Assembly: GCA_963693365.1 (NCBI GenBank)
Contig: CAVNZM010000007.1
Coordinates: 5,515,962-5,579,961 of the forward strand
Source of the DNA: Amoebidium appalachense
Taxonomy: Eukaryota > Protista > Ichthyosporea
Reading direction: 5' to 3'
Length of the DNA: 64,000 nucleotides
Below, piece after piece: positions 52,844 through 64,000 of this stretch (the stretch's first letter is position 1; every line of letters begins with the position of its first letter). A model generated the notes under the pieces. The model was not told the DNA's origin. It searched no databases and saw nothing but the letters and a program-made list of their open reading frames with translations. A program made the translations under genes and the position numbers.

Positions 52844-52957
52844 CCATCTTATCTTATTTTACCCCCAGCCTCGGTAGCCCCTAGTATCTTATTTTTTTTT
52901 TATAGATATTCTAGTGCTATTTATCTTGTAATTGAATTATCTTGCAGCAATGTATCT

Positions 52958-53019
<62 letters not shown>

Positions 53020-53163
53020 GCTCAGGAGGGACGGGCTACCGTATAATCCAAGCCAGGGAGGGGGGAGAGGGGAGGGGGGAGGGGAGGGGGGAGGGGAGGG
53101 GGGACCCACACACCAGTGCCTAACCTAAGCCTGTATACATAAACGCTTTCAAGACATGGTAGC

Positions 53164-53361
53164 TAGCGTTGCTGCGGCTAGAACCGTGGGATAAGGCGTA
53201 ACTAAAAATAGTGCCAGTTGGGGTCGATTTAGAATCCTGACCTATAGGTGTGCTATACAGTACGATCTGTGTCTAGGCGGAAGACGGTAAGCTCCCTGAG
53301 GCAGTGCCTCGCCGGGAGTGAAACGGGATAAAAGAAAATAAAAATATAAAAAATTAAAAAC
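53164..53361 (+). mobile_element. 198-bp retroposed insertion (5'-truncated LINE 3' end or SINE) with A-rich tail and 15-bp TSD
   Basis: TCAAGACATGGTAGC is present at 53149-53163 and 53362-53376. The insert ends in a GC stem-loop followed by ATAAAAGAAAATAAAAATATAAAAAATTAAAAAC. Confidence 0.8.
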
Positions 53362-53505
53362 TCAAGACATGGTAGCATTGGCACGTGCACCCTCGTTTGC
53401 ATGCAGGCTCACTCAGAGCGGCGGTCCACATATTTAGTCGATACATCCTTCCCCCCCCCCCCCCCCCCCCCCCCTCCCCTCCCCCCCCCCCCCCCCCCCC
53501 CCCCC

Positions 53506-53551
<46 letters not shown>

Positions 53552-54914
53552 ACAACCCACCCCCTCCCACCCACCCACCGTGCCTTCCCCGAACAGTGCA
53601 CACGGGGGCTCGGGCCCTCCCCTCTCTACAACTCATAAGTTATTTTTATTTTTTAGATTGACTTTTTTTGATGTGTTCTTTATAATAGAATCAAGTTGAA
53701 CTGAGATACTATGCCACGGATATCTCAGGGAAAAGATACACATACAGCCGCCTTCTCGGATACGGCCCGAGTATTGAAGTCGTGCACCGTGTGAGCAAAT
53801 TTGTTGCTCGGGCTCGCTTCTACTGTAATATAACATCAGATGCGTGGCCACTTCCAATAAAGCTTAAGGGTCCTACCCTCCCTCCCTCCTCAGCCCTTTT
53901 CATTTCCTCCCCCCCCCCATCTTTTCAGTGCCAACAATTGTGAATCACAATAAGGTACGCACAAGTGCAGGGCCCTCGTGCACACACACATAACCAGCGT
54001 TGCGCACACGCACACCTGTGTGCACGGACAGATATCTGCTGTGGGACATACAGATACATACACAGTGCCACAAAGCGACAGATAGCCAGGTAGAAAATAG
54101 GCACTCAGTCTGTGACTCGCGCATGCTTGCACGCACATGTACACACCAGTGCACGTGCGCATGCACACATTATACTGCCACACGCCCACATGCACACACA
54201 TGCAAGCGCTTTGGCAATGCCACACACACACAAGCGCACACACAGTCAGTCTGCGCAACATTGATATATCGGTACGGACACGGTCGCACGCTGCTACTAC
54301 TGTTATGATATATATGCTCAAGGCCTGGTGGCACATACATATTTACGAATCAGATCATCGGCGCACACACACATTTGGCTCAGTGGCACTTCAAATCAGT
54401 GCTTTTCTCTGTTACTCCCCGTATTTCCAACCCCCCCCCCCCCCCCCCCTCCCCCCCCCCTCCCCCCCTCCCCCACCCCCCTCCCACCCCCACCCACCCA
54501 GTGTCCCCCCCCCCCCTCCCCCCCCCCCCTCACCTACCCCCACCCTTGCATCTCTTTCTCTCTAAGTTATACGTGGTTTCTCTGCTGCGTTCCTCCCTCG
54601 CCCCCAGTGTTCCTCCTCCACGCGCGGCAACCCCTATGGCCTCACTAGATCTTGCACACACACGCGCACGCATCCCTCACCAACAACACGCACCGTGACC
54701 CCGCACACACACACATCATCATAACACGCACAAGTCACGGAAGACACCCGTAGGGGGACATTAGACAATGCAGGGCTTGCTTGTATCCCACTAAAAACAC
54801 CACATGTGGTATGGGTATTACATAGTATCCGATAGTAAGTTGGCCACCAGCCTGGCTGTCCTTCACTACAGAAGTACTACATATATTAATATACATATCA
54901 TGCATGTATGTGAA

Positions 54915-54962
<48 letters not shown>

Positions 54963-54987
54963 AAAAAGAATCCCCCGCTTCGACCAA

Positions 54988-55048
<61 letters not shown>

Positions 55049-55736
55049 ACCACCACCACCCTCCCCCGAGGGGCCCCTGCCAAGACACACATTTTCTCGT
55101 GGTATGTAAAGTATTAAGATTGAATGGCGGGGCACCAACTGGCACTGCCCGCAACACACAACTGCGTCGAATCCATGCATGATGTGTCAATGATGCCGGC
55201 AGGGCTCTTAAAGGGCCAGCTCGAGCGCTCCTCTATTGAATATTTTATAAATCTGTTCAACCCTTGACACAAAATTTAAAGGATTAGGAAGTTTGTGGTG
55301 CTACTATCGGATTCATATAATATTGTCATGGAAGCGTGCATGTTATATGCACAGTCATAGTCTGCTCCCCTTGATACAAAAGAAGAAAATTAAATGGGTC
55401 CTGATAGAATCTGTATAATTATCGTGCAGGCATGCAAGTTATGCACTGACAAATTTAAAGGTTAATCAGTGGACCCAGGGCTACGATCACTTTAGATTTT
55501 AATTTAAATTATCATCATGATCTGATTTACTACTGATTAAACCTCAAAGCTGTGCCAACACTGAGTCGTACGAGTTCAAACACTATAAAAGTGGAAAATG
55601 GCTAAAACAATTCTGACACTAGTTGGTGAAGCCGTTGATCATGAATGAACACCGTTTGCAAGCGGTTGATCAAGTGACAGCACTGGATTTAATTACTTCA
55701 TGGGTTGTATTCGATCACTTTGTTGTTGTTGTTGTT

Positions 55737-55778
<42 letters not shown>

Positions 55779-56367
55779 GGGGGGGGGGGGGGTTGTAAAA
55801 AGCACCATCCCATTGAGTTCGTTTTTCGAGTATTAGACTTGCAGACTGTTGCATTGTGCATTTATATTTGTTGCACACTTGAATGCTCTCAGCCGGCTGG
55901 GGTTGGCGGTTTGCCTAAATATTCAGTAAATGACATTCGTCCACTGAGGTTGTCGGGGAAAAAATGTACAGAAAAGGAGGGTTTATAAAACCATGGTTGT
56001 AACTATACTAACAGCCGAGCCACTAATGGGGCTACAAAGTTACTAATCTATCAGTGTGTACGTATATGTTACAGGTAACAGGGAAAAGAAAAAAACTACC
56101 ATATCCAGTCTGATATATTTAGATGTTCTCACTACGAGAATATAATACACAAACACTGTTAAAAGATCTATGCCAGCATTTTGCGGTGGCGTGGCATTAT
56201 GATTGGTCAATACGAACCTTGCAGATCATTTGACTTTGCCCATATTAAGATATCTCCTGTTTTAGACATTGCCATATTATACTTGTAATTCGCCCTTTAA
56301 AAATAAAGCAAAATTAAATCAAAAATGACGGGTAGGCGACAGACAGCTTGACCATGACCAAGTCATT

Positions 56368-57369
56368 TCACTGAATGTGTCGTGATGGTACGCTACTGCT
56401 TCGTTTCAACGACAACTTTGCACTGAATTTGGGCATCAGGGCTTCATTTTTTGAAGCCGCAACGTAAGGGGAGGGCTGCTTGAAGGCGACAGGGTTATTT
56501 ATAGGAAAGGGGCCACTGATTGAACTCCATGACTGGGAGTTGCGTCTTCTCCGCCTGATGACGTTTTTCCCGGAAATTTGCGGCTCCGTTTTGGTTACTG
56601 CTGGTGTCGGGTTGCCACTGAAACTCTGTGTCGGGATGAAAAATGGTGTGTTTTGGTAGGTCGGTGTGTTACCGACGCTTGCCGCCGAAGCGCTTGCTCG
56701 TTGGACCACATTAATATTATTAGGTGGAACTGGGATGTGCCCGTGAAAAATCGACGTTACTGGAAGCTGAACGAAAACGCTTCCAGGTGGGTAGGCATAG
56801 GTAGCGGGTGCAGAGAGTGTTTTGAGTGCGCTTATTCCCTGCTGGACGGTTGCTATTTTCTCCAGCCACTGGAAAGTTCTGTTGTATTCGGTCTCGGACA
56901 CGTGCATGGAGTACTGTGTGCACTGCAGGAACATCAGCTCCAGCTGGTTGAGAATCCTCATCTGCACCTTGCACAACTGCGCCCATTGCGCATTGCTAGG
57001 CGGCACGTCGTTGTTTGCCTTGCGTGCCAGTAGAAGCGCCACCATCGCCAATTGCTGCCCGCATCCCGACACGCTCACACCCGTAGATTGAAAATGGCGC
57101 TCAATTCTCCCGAGGTAAACGACCGCACAGACGATGGATGCCCGTGACGTACCCGATGACATGCCCAAGCTCGTAAAGTTGTCTCTGAGCGCGATGCATT
57201 TTGGGTTGTCGAGAGACCACTTTTCTGTTTCAAACAGTTTGTAGATGGCTGCCGCACACGCTGTTAGCCAGCTGACGTCTGGAAGATCGTCACCATCCTC
57301 AAGCATCGAGAGAGGGGTGAGGTCGATGTCGGCCGTGTCATTCGCATGGTGGGAGATGTTGTTGTGCAT
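56368..57369 (-). CDS. PHO80/PCL-like cyclin (intronless, 333 aa)
   Basis: Cyclin-box motifs IVCAVVYLGRI, LAMVALLLARKANNDVPPSNAQWA and LNQLELMFLQCTQYSMHVSETEY, followed by a low-complexity basic C-terminus. Confidence 0.85.
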   Translation of the reverse strand: MHNNISHHANDTADIDLTPLSMLEDGDDLPDVSWLTACAAAIYKLFETEKWSLDNPKCIALRDNFTSLGMSSGTSRASIVCAVVYLGRIERHFQSTGVSVSGCGQQLAMVALLLARKANNDVPPSNAQWAQLCKVQMRILNQLELMFLQCTQYSMHVSETEYNRTFQWLEKIATVQQGISALKTLSAPATYAYPPGSVFVQLPVTSIFHGHIPVPPNNINVVQRASASAASVGNTPTYQNTPFFIPTQSFSGNPTPAVTKTEPQISGKNVIRRRRRNSQSWSSISGPFPINNPVAFKQPSPYVAASKNEALMPKFSAKLSLKRSSSVPSRHIQ

Positions 57370-58893
57370 GGGCTGCTCGGTCTGAAAGCAATGAAGGCCC
57401 TGTGTGGAGCAAACAAGTCATGATCGGTATCAGAATATAAGCCTTATGCAACAACAAAGCAGACCGCACACTAAAATAGGTGGCAATACTGACTAGCTCA
57501 CACAACAGGTGATTGTGATTTGCATGATTGAAGGCGAGGATGCACAAACCTGAATAGACTGGCACAGATGCTCTTCATAGCTGTTCCCTCCCTGCTGGAG
57601 CATCACATCGAAAGAGTATGAAGAAGAAGTGCTGTTGTATCCGACACAACTTCTTGTGGCCATGGGGCCAACACACAGCGCGGTCGCCATTGCGCGTTTT
57701 CCGGCAACTTCCCGGCGGGCCTTCTGTTATATATGTGAAAAAATGATACGCCACGGTGTCGTTGAAGTGCTAAAGATAGTCCTGCATGAAGTTGTGGTTT
57801 TGTTTTGTTTTGGAGCAGAGGGGACACCAGAAATCAAGAAACTATTCAAAGGAGCGCAGTTGATAAGCACCTGCATGCAGATGCCTGTTTTGTGCCAAGA
57901 GAAGGGGCGCACGCGTGCTTTCACTCTTATCAACTATCTTACGACTGGCCTCATTGTCTTTCTGCTGTCCCATTTCTCAGACGGTCTGACGGTGCGTTTG
58001 ACTTTGCGCGCCATGTTGGAACTTGAGAGGGTAGGAATTTTAACACAGATGATAGATCAGAGCAATAGATCATAGATCGGGCCCCAAGTTGCTTAAATGC
58101 ACAGTCGAAGTGTTCAAAAAGTATATATAAATATATATGTGCATTGTGTGTATAGTTTCATTTTATTATGTCATCTGTGTGTATGCCATTATCAATGAAT
58201 ACTTGTGCAAGACGCCCTTTCCTCTTATCTTTTTCCCACAAAAGGTTTGGCCAGCCAGTCATCCATAAAAACATTGGTCATCCGATCGGATGGCTTATAA
58301 CCGAGACAACTCACATTTCCACCCTGGCTTGCTACAGGGGATTATCGTACATACTTTAGGAACCAATCAGGTGTGTGGGCCCGTTGTACAGTGGTCATTT
58401 CCGATTGGCTGGATAGTCTGCTGACAGATCCACCAATAAGAAAAGACATACAATGGTTCCTATTGGATCCCTGAATGTTCTCTCCCTCTACTTGTTGCTC
58501 AAAGAAGAATTTTGTGGCCGGGGGGGCTCAAGGGGTGTTCCGTATCACTGATCAAATGATAAGACATAAGGGGGTTTACTTTACACACTTTTTATTGCGC
58601 GGGGGCCCAGCCACACTCGACGGCCTACTGCGTTTTCCAGCGCAGCCAATCAATCAAATGCAGCTAGTGACATATGTACATGCTAGGCAACAATTAGCGC
58701 CATCGTAGTATACGACACCCCTACTACATATTATGGGTAAGCAGAGGCTAGCATCGGTAGCTCCGAAAGAAAGTTAAGGCACCGTATCACAATATCATAC
58801 TGTGCAGCATTAATAAGACATAAGCCAGCGTGCGCATGCATGCGCATGCATGCGCACGCATGCATGCCATGCAGCCACCGCGTGGGGCCGTCT

Positions 58894-58947
58894 CTAACAC
58901 GTACTGACGTGTTGCCGCACGTGCGACGTTTAACATATACTCAGGCG

Positions 58948-58990
<43 letters not shown>

Positions 58991-59014
58991 AGACACCACC
59001 TCAGTAGGTGGTAG
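58894..59014. mobile_element. Miniature non-autonomous element with 9-bp TSD (Mutator-like), copy 1
   Basis: Ends CTAACAC...GTGGTAG (7-bp imperfect TIR), flanked by GGGCCGTCT at 58885-58893 and 59015-59023. Confidence 0.75.
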
Positions 59015-59341
59015 GGGCCGTCTGTTGTTTTACATAACTTCGAGTTGCCTTGTCACGCAGCAGGCTTGCGTGGGTGATCATCATAGTATCCTTTCCATAT
59101 CATAATTAGTAAATTTATAATGTTCGATTTCATCATTCATATATAAAGGGGTTTACGCTGTTTACTCGAGGCAAAGAGAACCAGTCTCAGGTATGGGGGG
59201 GGGGTTTTGCTCGGAATATCCCCTCAGCGGTATATCATGATCACGTACATAGATGTCGGGTGGTGACTATATATCAGGGTTTACTTTCTCTACGAGACAC
59301 CATAAAGACTACAAGGAGAAATCAATTAGTTGGGGTTCCCC

Positions 59342-59342
<1 letters not shown>

Positions 59343-59380
<38 letters not shown>

Positions 59381-59412
59381 GGGCTCCCCTCGGGACACTC
59401 GGTATCAGCTGG

Positions 59413-59503
<91 letters not shown>

Positions 59504-61250
59504 TGCGCTATAATTTTGTAGTGATGTGTTTCTCAAGCCAATCAATACATCTAATAAACAGGTCGTAGTTACGCGTGTTTAGTATAAAATCAAGGATGTT
59601 GTAATTTACAGGTAGGCTATCTTTCTGGGTGTCTGTTGTGAATGTGACGTGTGTGTGTTGCGGTATTATGTGGTCTATCAAACTACATTTGGCGATACAT
59701 GACCGGTTAAACTGGTGTGTGTGTGTGTTGTTTGGGCATGCAAATGATGCCACCTTATACTTATTAGATCTCCACTGTATAGCACGTGTACAGTAAAAGC
59801 GTGGTAATTGATCAATAATACCATCAGCTAGAGAAAGACCAGTTCTACAGGAAGGTAATATGTATTTAGGTGTTATACACTTGCGAGTGCCATATTTGGC
59901 AATATGGTTGAGGCGGTCAGTATATATAAAACGAGACATAAGGCTTAGTTTTTCAAGGTGTATGCTTTCATCGGGTCTAGTGTCGTGTGGTATCTTTTTC
60001 CATTTGTTATATTGCGTGATTATCTTGTGATTGTGTACATGTTTAACAAGTAAGTGGCAGTCCAAAGTCACACACACACTATTGCGGGGTTTATTTGTAT
60101 TTGTGCCCAGGGGAGAAGGGGAGAGAGAGGGGAGGAAAGAGGGGAGAGGTGAGGAGGGGACAGGTCGGATAGAGAAGAGAGGGTGCCACAGTGGGAGGGC
60201 AAATACTTCTTTAAGCGGCTTATGTGCTTATTGAATTTCAGCGCGAGATAGGATACTCTAGCAGCTATTGGGACCAGACCATATATCGAGAGCGTTACAG
60301 GCCCAGGTTTACAACAGTTGTTAGATAGAAAGGAGGCAACTTCTGCTTCAAGGAAATTTGCCAGGGGTTTAAGCGCTCTAGTTCTCTCTTTCTTGATCCA
60401 AGCGGCGAGAAGGGGTAAACCATATTCACATGCCGGGAAGACAAAAGTGCGAATAAATGTAAGTCTAATAGAAGGATGGAGGGGTGTCTTTAAAAATATT
60501 AGCCGAGAAGAAAGCTAACCGCTTACGAGCCAACTCTACCCTCTTTTCGACCATATGGGGAAACATAACACCAACAGAATCAACCGGAACACCAAGATAT
60601 TTGTATTCTGGAACTATAGGTACAGGTTTAGATGATAATGTAAATGTGTGTAAATTGTTAGCTATATCAGGTACAAGAACACCACATTTGTCTATGTTAA
60701 GGATCATAAGGTTTGCCTTGCACCACTCTGACACTACATCGAACAATCTTTGCAGGCGTCTAGGGGTACGCGGGCAAGGAGGGACAGATCATCAGCATAG
60801 AGAAGTGCAGGCGGAAAGTTATTAATAGGGTCATCGTTTTCGGCGTAAATCTTGACAGCCAAATCATCTATAAATAGGTTAAACAAAAAGGGGCTAAGCA
60901 ATGAACCCTGCAAGAGACCTCTAGTACGAGCAAAACCATATGAAAGATGCCCATTAACCACAGCTCTACCATAGGTTTGAGACAAGAGTGCTTCTAACAG
61001 AACACCAATGCAGTGTGGTACACCCCGTGCAGCAAGCTTTTCCCATAGGAGACCAGGGGAGACAGAATCGTAAGCAGTTTTCCAATCAATAAAGCCAACA
61101 TATTGTGCACCAACTTGCATAGAATCGTGCAGTGCCATTATTTGAACATAACATGAATTGTTTTTACGAAAAGCGGATTGGCATGGGTGTATGTGAAGAA
61201 TAGATTGAAACCTAGGGTGATGTGCAAATAACCTAAGTAAGCAAGCTCAC
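59343..61250 (-). mobile_element. 5'-truncated, frameshifted non-LTR retrotransposon (LINE ORF2: RT plus C-terminal region) with a probable poly(A) tail
   Basis: RT motifs QSAFRK, FIDWKTAYDSV, RGLLQGSLLSPFLFNLFIDDL, LLYADD, LNIDKC, YKYLGVP and FVFPACEYG. The C-terminal Cys/His-containing ORF spans 60077-59508, and an A-run lies on - at 59376-59343. Confidence 0.9.
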
Positions 61251-61310
61251 GCATACAGCCATTGAATACATATTCAAATTTCGATTTCAGGCTCCAGAGC
61301 GGCACTAACC

Positions 61311-61414
61311 CTACCACCTACTGAGGCGGTGTCTCCTTTCTTTCTTTTTTTTTTTTACTTTTTTTTTTAAGATGTTAAACGTCGCACGTGCGGCAACACG
61401 CCAGTACGTGTTAG
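61311..61414. mobile_element. Miniature element with 9-bp TSD, copy 2 (opposite orientation)
   Basis: Reverse-complement homolog of 58894-59014, flanked by GCACTAACC (61302-61310) and GCAGTAACC (61415-61423). Confidence 0.75.
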
Positions 61415-62556
61415 GCAGTAACCGTACGCCGCCCGTGTCCGCACAAACTTTTGATAGTATCACCTGGTATATACCGGCTGCATGCGTGCGGCACCGGCAG
61501 TCACTTGAAGCATACATACTTGCAACGAGCTCTCTGCATCTCGTTTTTTATTGTTATCATTTAACTTGCTTAAGTTGCATGATCATCCCATCGCAGTCCT
61601 ATCATTGTTTCATTCCTCACACGTTGAACTTCGAATTTGGGGTTTACACACTATTTATTGCTGTGGACACTGTCTGGGGTCGCATGAAAAAGCTGCTCTA
61701 GCGGGATCTGTGCTGTGTTACGATTGGGTGCTTGTTTGACCAATCAATTGATAGCTAAAGGGAGCACTTCTCGACTGCTCTTGAGTCAACTTGACTCAGT
61801 TCTCGACTCGCTTGAGTAGGGTTCGACTGTAAAGGAGACTCACACACAAAGTTCCAACTTTAACTGCATAGAGAGAGAGGAAGTTTACAATAAATAAATC
61901 CTAAATGAAGGAAGCGTCAACCTATAAAGAAACCCGGTATCGTGTTAAAGGAAGCATACGCGAACACCTTGCGAATGTGCCCGCGGGGTGCCACCAGTGC
62001 ACAGTTCTACGATAGTTGTGTGACAACGTGACAGGACTTGACGGTGCAGAAACCTTCAAGCAGGTCACGAGGTCACGGTCCCAATTCAGGAAGCCCCTAG
62101 GTATAGGGAGATCGCACCATAACCGGCTAAAAAATACAATATTTAATAATAACTCACCAAAATAAAAACATAACCCCAATAACCATAACCCTATGTGTGT
62201 CTGGGCCCTAAATGGGGGGGCTGCCGCCCCCCCCCCCCCCCCCCCCCAACCTCCCGCTAGAGGGGCCTGACGGGCCCTGTATGTCGGTTGGGGATCGAAT
62301 CGTTCTCCCCTGATTCCACGTCATCGGATCTTGTTTTGTCCAATCAGGTGCGAGGGGACTTTCGGCGAATGGAACTTTTGTGCGTCGGATGCTATTGTGC
62401 ATCAAATACCACGGTACTGTAGTTTTTTATTTTATATTTACCCGTCGCAGTCACCAAAAATAGTGATACATCTGCCACCTCATGATCATCTGCAGCTGCC
62501 CGAGCTCTGAATTTTAGACTGTCTGTCGGAGACTCTGCCATGGTGGGCCTGGTAAC

Positions 62557-62616
62557 CAAGGCCTCCTAAATGGTGTGCTATTTAGGAGGCCTTGGTGTGC
62601 TATTTAGGAGGCCTTG
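62557..62616. mobile_element. 60-bp hAT-like TIR-only remnant with 8-bp TSD
   Basis: TIR CAAGGCCTCCTAAAT / ATTTAGGAGGCCTTG, with the right arm duplicated. CTGGTAAC is present at 62549-62556 and 62617-62624. Confidence 0.65.
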
Positions 62617-63348
62617 CTGGTAACCCCCTTTCACGACAGCAGTGTCTCAGTGTGTCATGCATGCATGTGTCGTCACCCATTACATCATTACAGGCACTGA
62701 AGGGGGTTTAGGGCCAGAAAATTGTCCCTGAAGTCGGAAAATTGTCCCTAACGTTTTGATGTTAGGTCCATCAGTATTCCAAAAATTGGCTCTAACAGAG
62801 CCAAATATATAAGGAAATACACCCAAAAACGGTTGTTGGCTCTATTAGGGCCATTTAGGCTGGTGGAAAGTTGCCAAAATGGCACCAGGCAAAAACAAAT
62901 TTCACACCCTGATTACAGGGCACATACGTATACGTGGAGCCTCAGCCTCCTTCAACTCGCTGAGGGAGCATGTAGCCATGCATCCGATAGAATGGCCGAT
63001 ACTACCTGGCGTGTGTGCAAGTAGAAACGGTTCGCTCGTGGCACCATGCATAACCGCAAGATGTCGCACGATATGTGTTTCATATGAGCGAGTGAGTTGT
63101 ATATTGGAGTTGTATGCCAACTGCAAATTTTCGTCGAAATCGATTGAAATCAACTTCAGTATCACTTGATTAAAAAAGGGGAAGCATCATCGCCGGGAAG
63201 GGAGGGGGGCTGTCCGGGGGGGAGGGGCCGGGGGGGGGGGGAGGGAGGGGGGAGGGGAGGGGCCGGGGGGAGGGGGGAGGCGCAGGGAAGGGAGGGCGGG
63301 GCTGGAGAGAGAGAGGGGGTGAGAGTCTGAAGGAGAGAGATAGAGATA

Positions 63349-63616
<268 letters not shown>

Positions 63617-64000
63617 GGAGAGAAAGAGCAGGGGGGTCACAGAGAGAGAGAGAAAGTGGGGGGAGGGTTTTACTTTGGACCCAACCCTACTTCCGGCCAG
63701 GAGAGGCTTTCTCGTTCGGGAGGGGGAGGGGGGATAGGAGGGAGGCCCGGGGGGGGGGGGGGGGGGAGGGGGGGGGGGAGACACGTGTACACATAATATC
63801 AGGCAAAAAGCTACTACAGCTGTCACCCCTCCTCTTCTCCCCGCCCTAGATCCTAGCGGTGCAGAGCTGCACCGTACAGCCTACAGTGACGCTCTAACGC
63901 AGGCATCCACAAACACACTCGCTCGGGACACGACCACTACTACCAGTACTGAGCCTGCTGATAAGTTCATACCCGGCCCGATCGCGCACACACACTTTCT

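Noticed and set aside
57629-58075. 148-aa ORF divergent from the cyclin
   Set aside because: No recognisable domain; likely antisense to the cyclin 5' UTR or promoter.
58894-61414. A single 2.5-kb TIR element carrying a reverse transcriptase
   Set aside because: Each inverted copy has its own TSD and the outer flanks do not match, so these are two independent insertions.
63846-63874. Helitron-like 3' end on - (CGGTGCAG/CTGCACCG hairpin, then CTAG)
   Set aside because: CTAG is followed by G rather than the expected T target, and there is no 5' TC end or second copy in the window.

Overview
Eukaryotic genomic DNA, probably a unicellular opisthokont such as an ichthyosporean-type holozoan (inferred from the animal-like MRPS9 N-terminus together with CTAAC/CTGAC branch points). 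It is full of C/G homopolymers and CA/GT/GA microsatellites, which generate nearly all the ORFs in the supplied track. Genes reconstructed by hand: the 3' end of a proline-rich gene (+), an intronless GATA factor (+), a 6-exon SEC14/CRAL-TRIO+GOLD gene (-), tRNA-Cys(GCA), an intronless LITAF gene (+), a 13-exon mitochondrial ribosomal protein S9 gene (-) and an intronless PHO80/PCL-type cyclin (-). Decayed material: a frameshifted gene resembling Streptomyces papain inhibitor/expansin-like DPBB proteins, a BTB-BACK-(MATH-like) pseudogene, LINE ORF1 and ORF2 remnants, and several small TSD-flanked insertions. The main unexplained signal is a ~130 bp (up to ~235 bp) poly(C)-bounded element with about 25 copies. 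All but one short fragment lie in introns of the three spliced genes, always in the same orientation relative to host transcription, and the long form carries strand-specific hairpins.
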